64,000 bases of DNA, from contig DATBEZ010000038.1 in assembly GCA_036558745.1 (NCBI GenBank), forward strand, positions 1,212 to 65,211, given 5' to 3'. Under the pieces are notes generated by a model, which saw nothing but the letters and a program-made list of their open reading frames with translations, did no database searches and had not been told where the DNA came from. A program made the position numbers and the translations under genes. Numbering within the stretch: position 1 is the stretch's first letter; every line of letters begins with the position of its first letter. Shown here in pieces: positions 63,517 to 64,000 of the stretch. The stretch is from Acidimicrobiia bacterium (GTDB lineage: Bacteria; Actinomycetota; Acidimicrobiia; IMCC26256; JAMXLJ01).

Positions 63517-63530
63517 TGGAACACGTTCTC
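63517..63530. promoter_or_regulatory. KstR-type operator-like box TGGAACACGTTCTC
   Basis: Matches the mycobacterial KstR consensus TnnAACnnGTTnnA at 13 of 14 defined-pattern positions (last A is C). It lies 20 nt upstream of GTG 63496 of the minus-strand gene. Confidence 0.4.
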
Positions 63531-63761
63531 GTCGGAAGCTAGCGCCGGCACCGCCGCGCGTGCCCGGCGCCGGCGTCCCCGGGGCGACACGCCGTGCAGG
63601 TCAGGAGGACGACGCGGAGTGCGCACTTGACCACGCCCGGCGGCCGGGTGTTGACTGCGCGGGTTCGGGAAAACGCGGTTTTCGTCGGAGGTAGGGACGA
63701 GTCCGACGCGCTCCCGCGCACGACACCAGCCTGTCCACGACCGAGGGAGGGCGCACCCCCG

Positions 63762-64000
63762 GTGGCGGTCCCCGACGACGCCGACGCCCCACGCAGCTAC
63801 CCGGTGCGCATCACCGGCGCGCTGGACTGGGAGGCATCGACCGCGTTCGTGCTCCGCGTCGCGCGCGCCGTCGACTCCGCGGTCGCGCAGGGGGCGGACG
63901 AGCTCGCGATCGACCTCTCGGAGGTCGACTACGTCGACACCGCGGGCCTGCGCGCGCTGATCGAGGGCAAGCGACACGCGGGCGAGGGCGGCCTTGGTTT
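63762..64000 (+). CDS. STAS-domain anti-sigma-factor antagonist, 5' part (runs off the 3' edge of the window)
   Basis: Not in the ORF track because no stop is reached. GTG 63762 lies ~10 nt after GAGGGAGGG. Reads VAVPDDADAPRSYPVRITGALDWEASTAFVLRVARAVDSAVAQGADELAIDLSEVDYVDTAGLRALIEG. Confidence 0.65.
   Translation, partial: MAVPDDADAPRSYPVRITGALDWEASTAFVLRVARAVDSAVAQGADELAIDLSEVDYVDTAGLRALIEGKRHAGEGGLG

Noticed and set aside
63669-63698. Small hairpin GAAAAC-GCG-GTTTTC followed by GGGAC, reminiscent of a SigB/SigF-type GTTT..GGGTA promoter upstream of the STAS gene
   Set aside because: The spacer between the GTTT and GGGA elements is only about 10-12 nt, and the -10 does not match GGGTA. The evidence is too weak to call.

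Overview
Very GC-rich bacterial chromosomal segment (G or C at almost every third codon position). The gene content looks like Actinomycetota: a deazaflavin/F420-type oxidoreductase and mycobacterial-style P450, TetR, thiolase-DUF35, crotonase, SDR and amidohydrolase genes for lipid- or sterol-like catabolism. About 60 protein-coding genes are supportable. They are tightly packed and many are translationally coupled through ATGA, GTGA or TGATG overlaps.

Gene blocks in order:
- 1-2.5 kb: DUF35/thiolase pair, a PepSY secreted protein and a nitronate monooxygenase.
- 2.5-10.2 kb: a decayed crotonase pseudogene followed by a Liv-type ABC importer operon with an embedded acyl-CoA-synthetase-like gene.
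- 10.2-15.9 kb: P450, crotonase, ASCH, PNPOx-like, amidohydrolase, SDR and YqeY genes.
- 16-21.1 kb: a PCP-motif P1B-type ATPase with a C-terminal hemerythrin domain, then a TM-PAS-GGDEF-EAL protein.
- 21.2-25.1 kb: a CocE/NonD hydrolase and an ECF sigma plus membrane beta-propeller partner.
- 25.2-29.7 kb: cyclase, PfkB kinase, L,D-transpeptidase, VOC, DinB remnant and methyltransferase.
- 29.7-45.4 kb: crotonase, three TetRs, a second P450, sulfotransferase, DUF1214-like protein, F420 enzyme, Cys-less thiolase-OB protein, SDR, two RibD_C reductases, FAD monooxygenase, PEBP, amidohydrolase and CysQ.
- 45.5-53.5 kb: ABC ATPase, STAS, M50-CBS protease, Nudix-pncA-pncB, TlpA/DsbB pair and methyltransferase.
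- 53.6-59.1 kb: a secreted His-rich propeller, a Zn-ribbon/HExxH membrane protein and a second GGDEF-EAL protein.
- 59.2-62.6 kb: an operon of an HMG-CoA-synthase-like/DUF35 fusion, an SCP-x thiolase and a crotonase.
- 62.7-64 kb: a hypothetical protein and a partial STAS gene.

I saw no rRNA, tRNA, CRISPR array, transposase, integrase or phage gene.

Non-genic structure found by eye:
- four copies of a ~42-bp TTGGGAC...GTCCCAA extragenic palindrome, two of them flanked by short direct repeats;
- a 65-bp tandem duplication spanning a P450 start codon, which creates two chained 22-codon upstream ORFs;
- two convergent-gene hairpins;
- a KstR-type operator-like box;
- an ECF-type promoter candidate.

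The most unusual coding feature is the 59.2-62.6 kb operon. Its HMG-CoA-synthase-like domain has lost all three catalytic residues and is fused to DUF35. All function calls rest on motif recognition by eye; no database search was possible.
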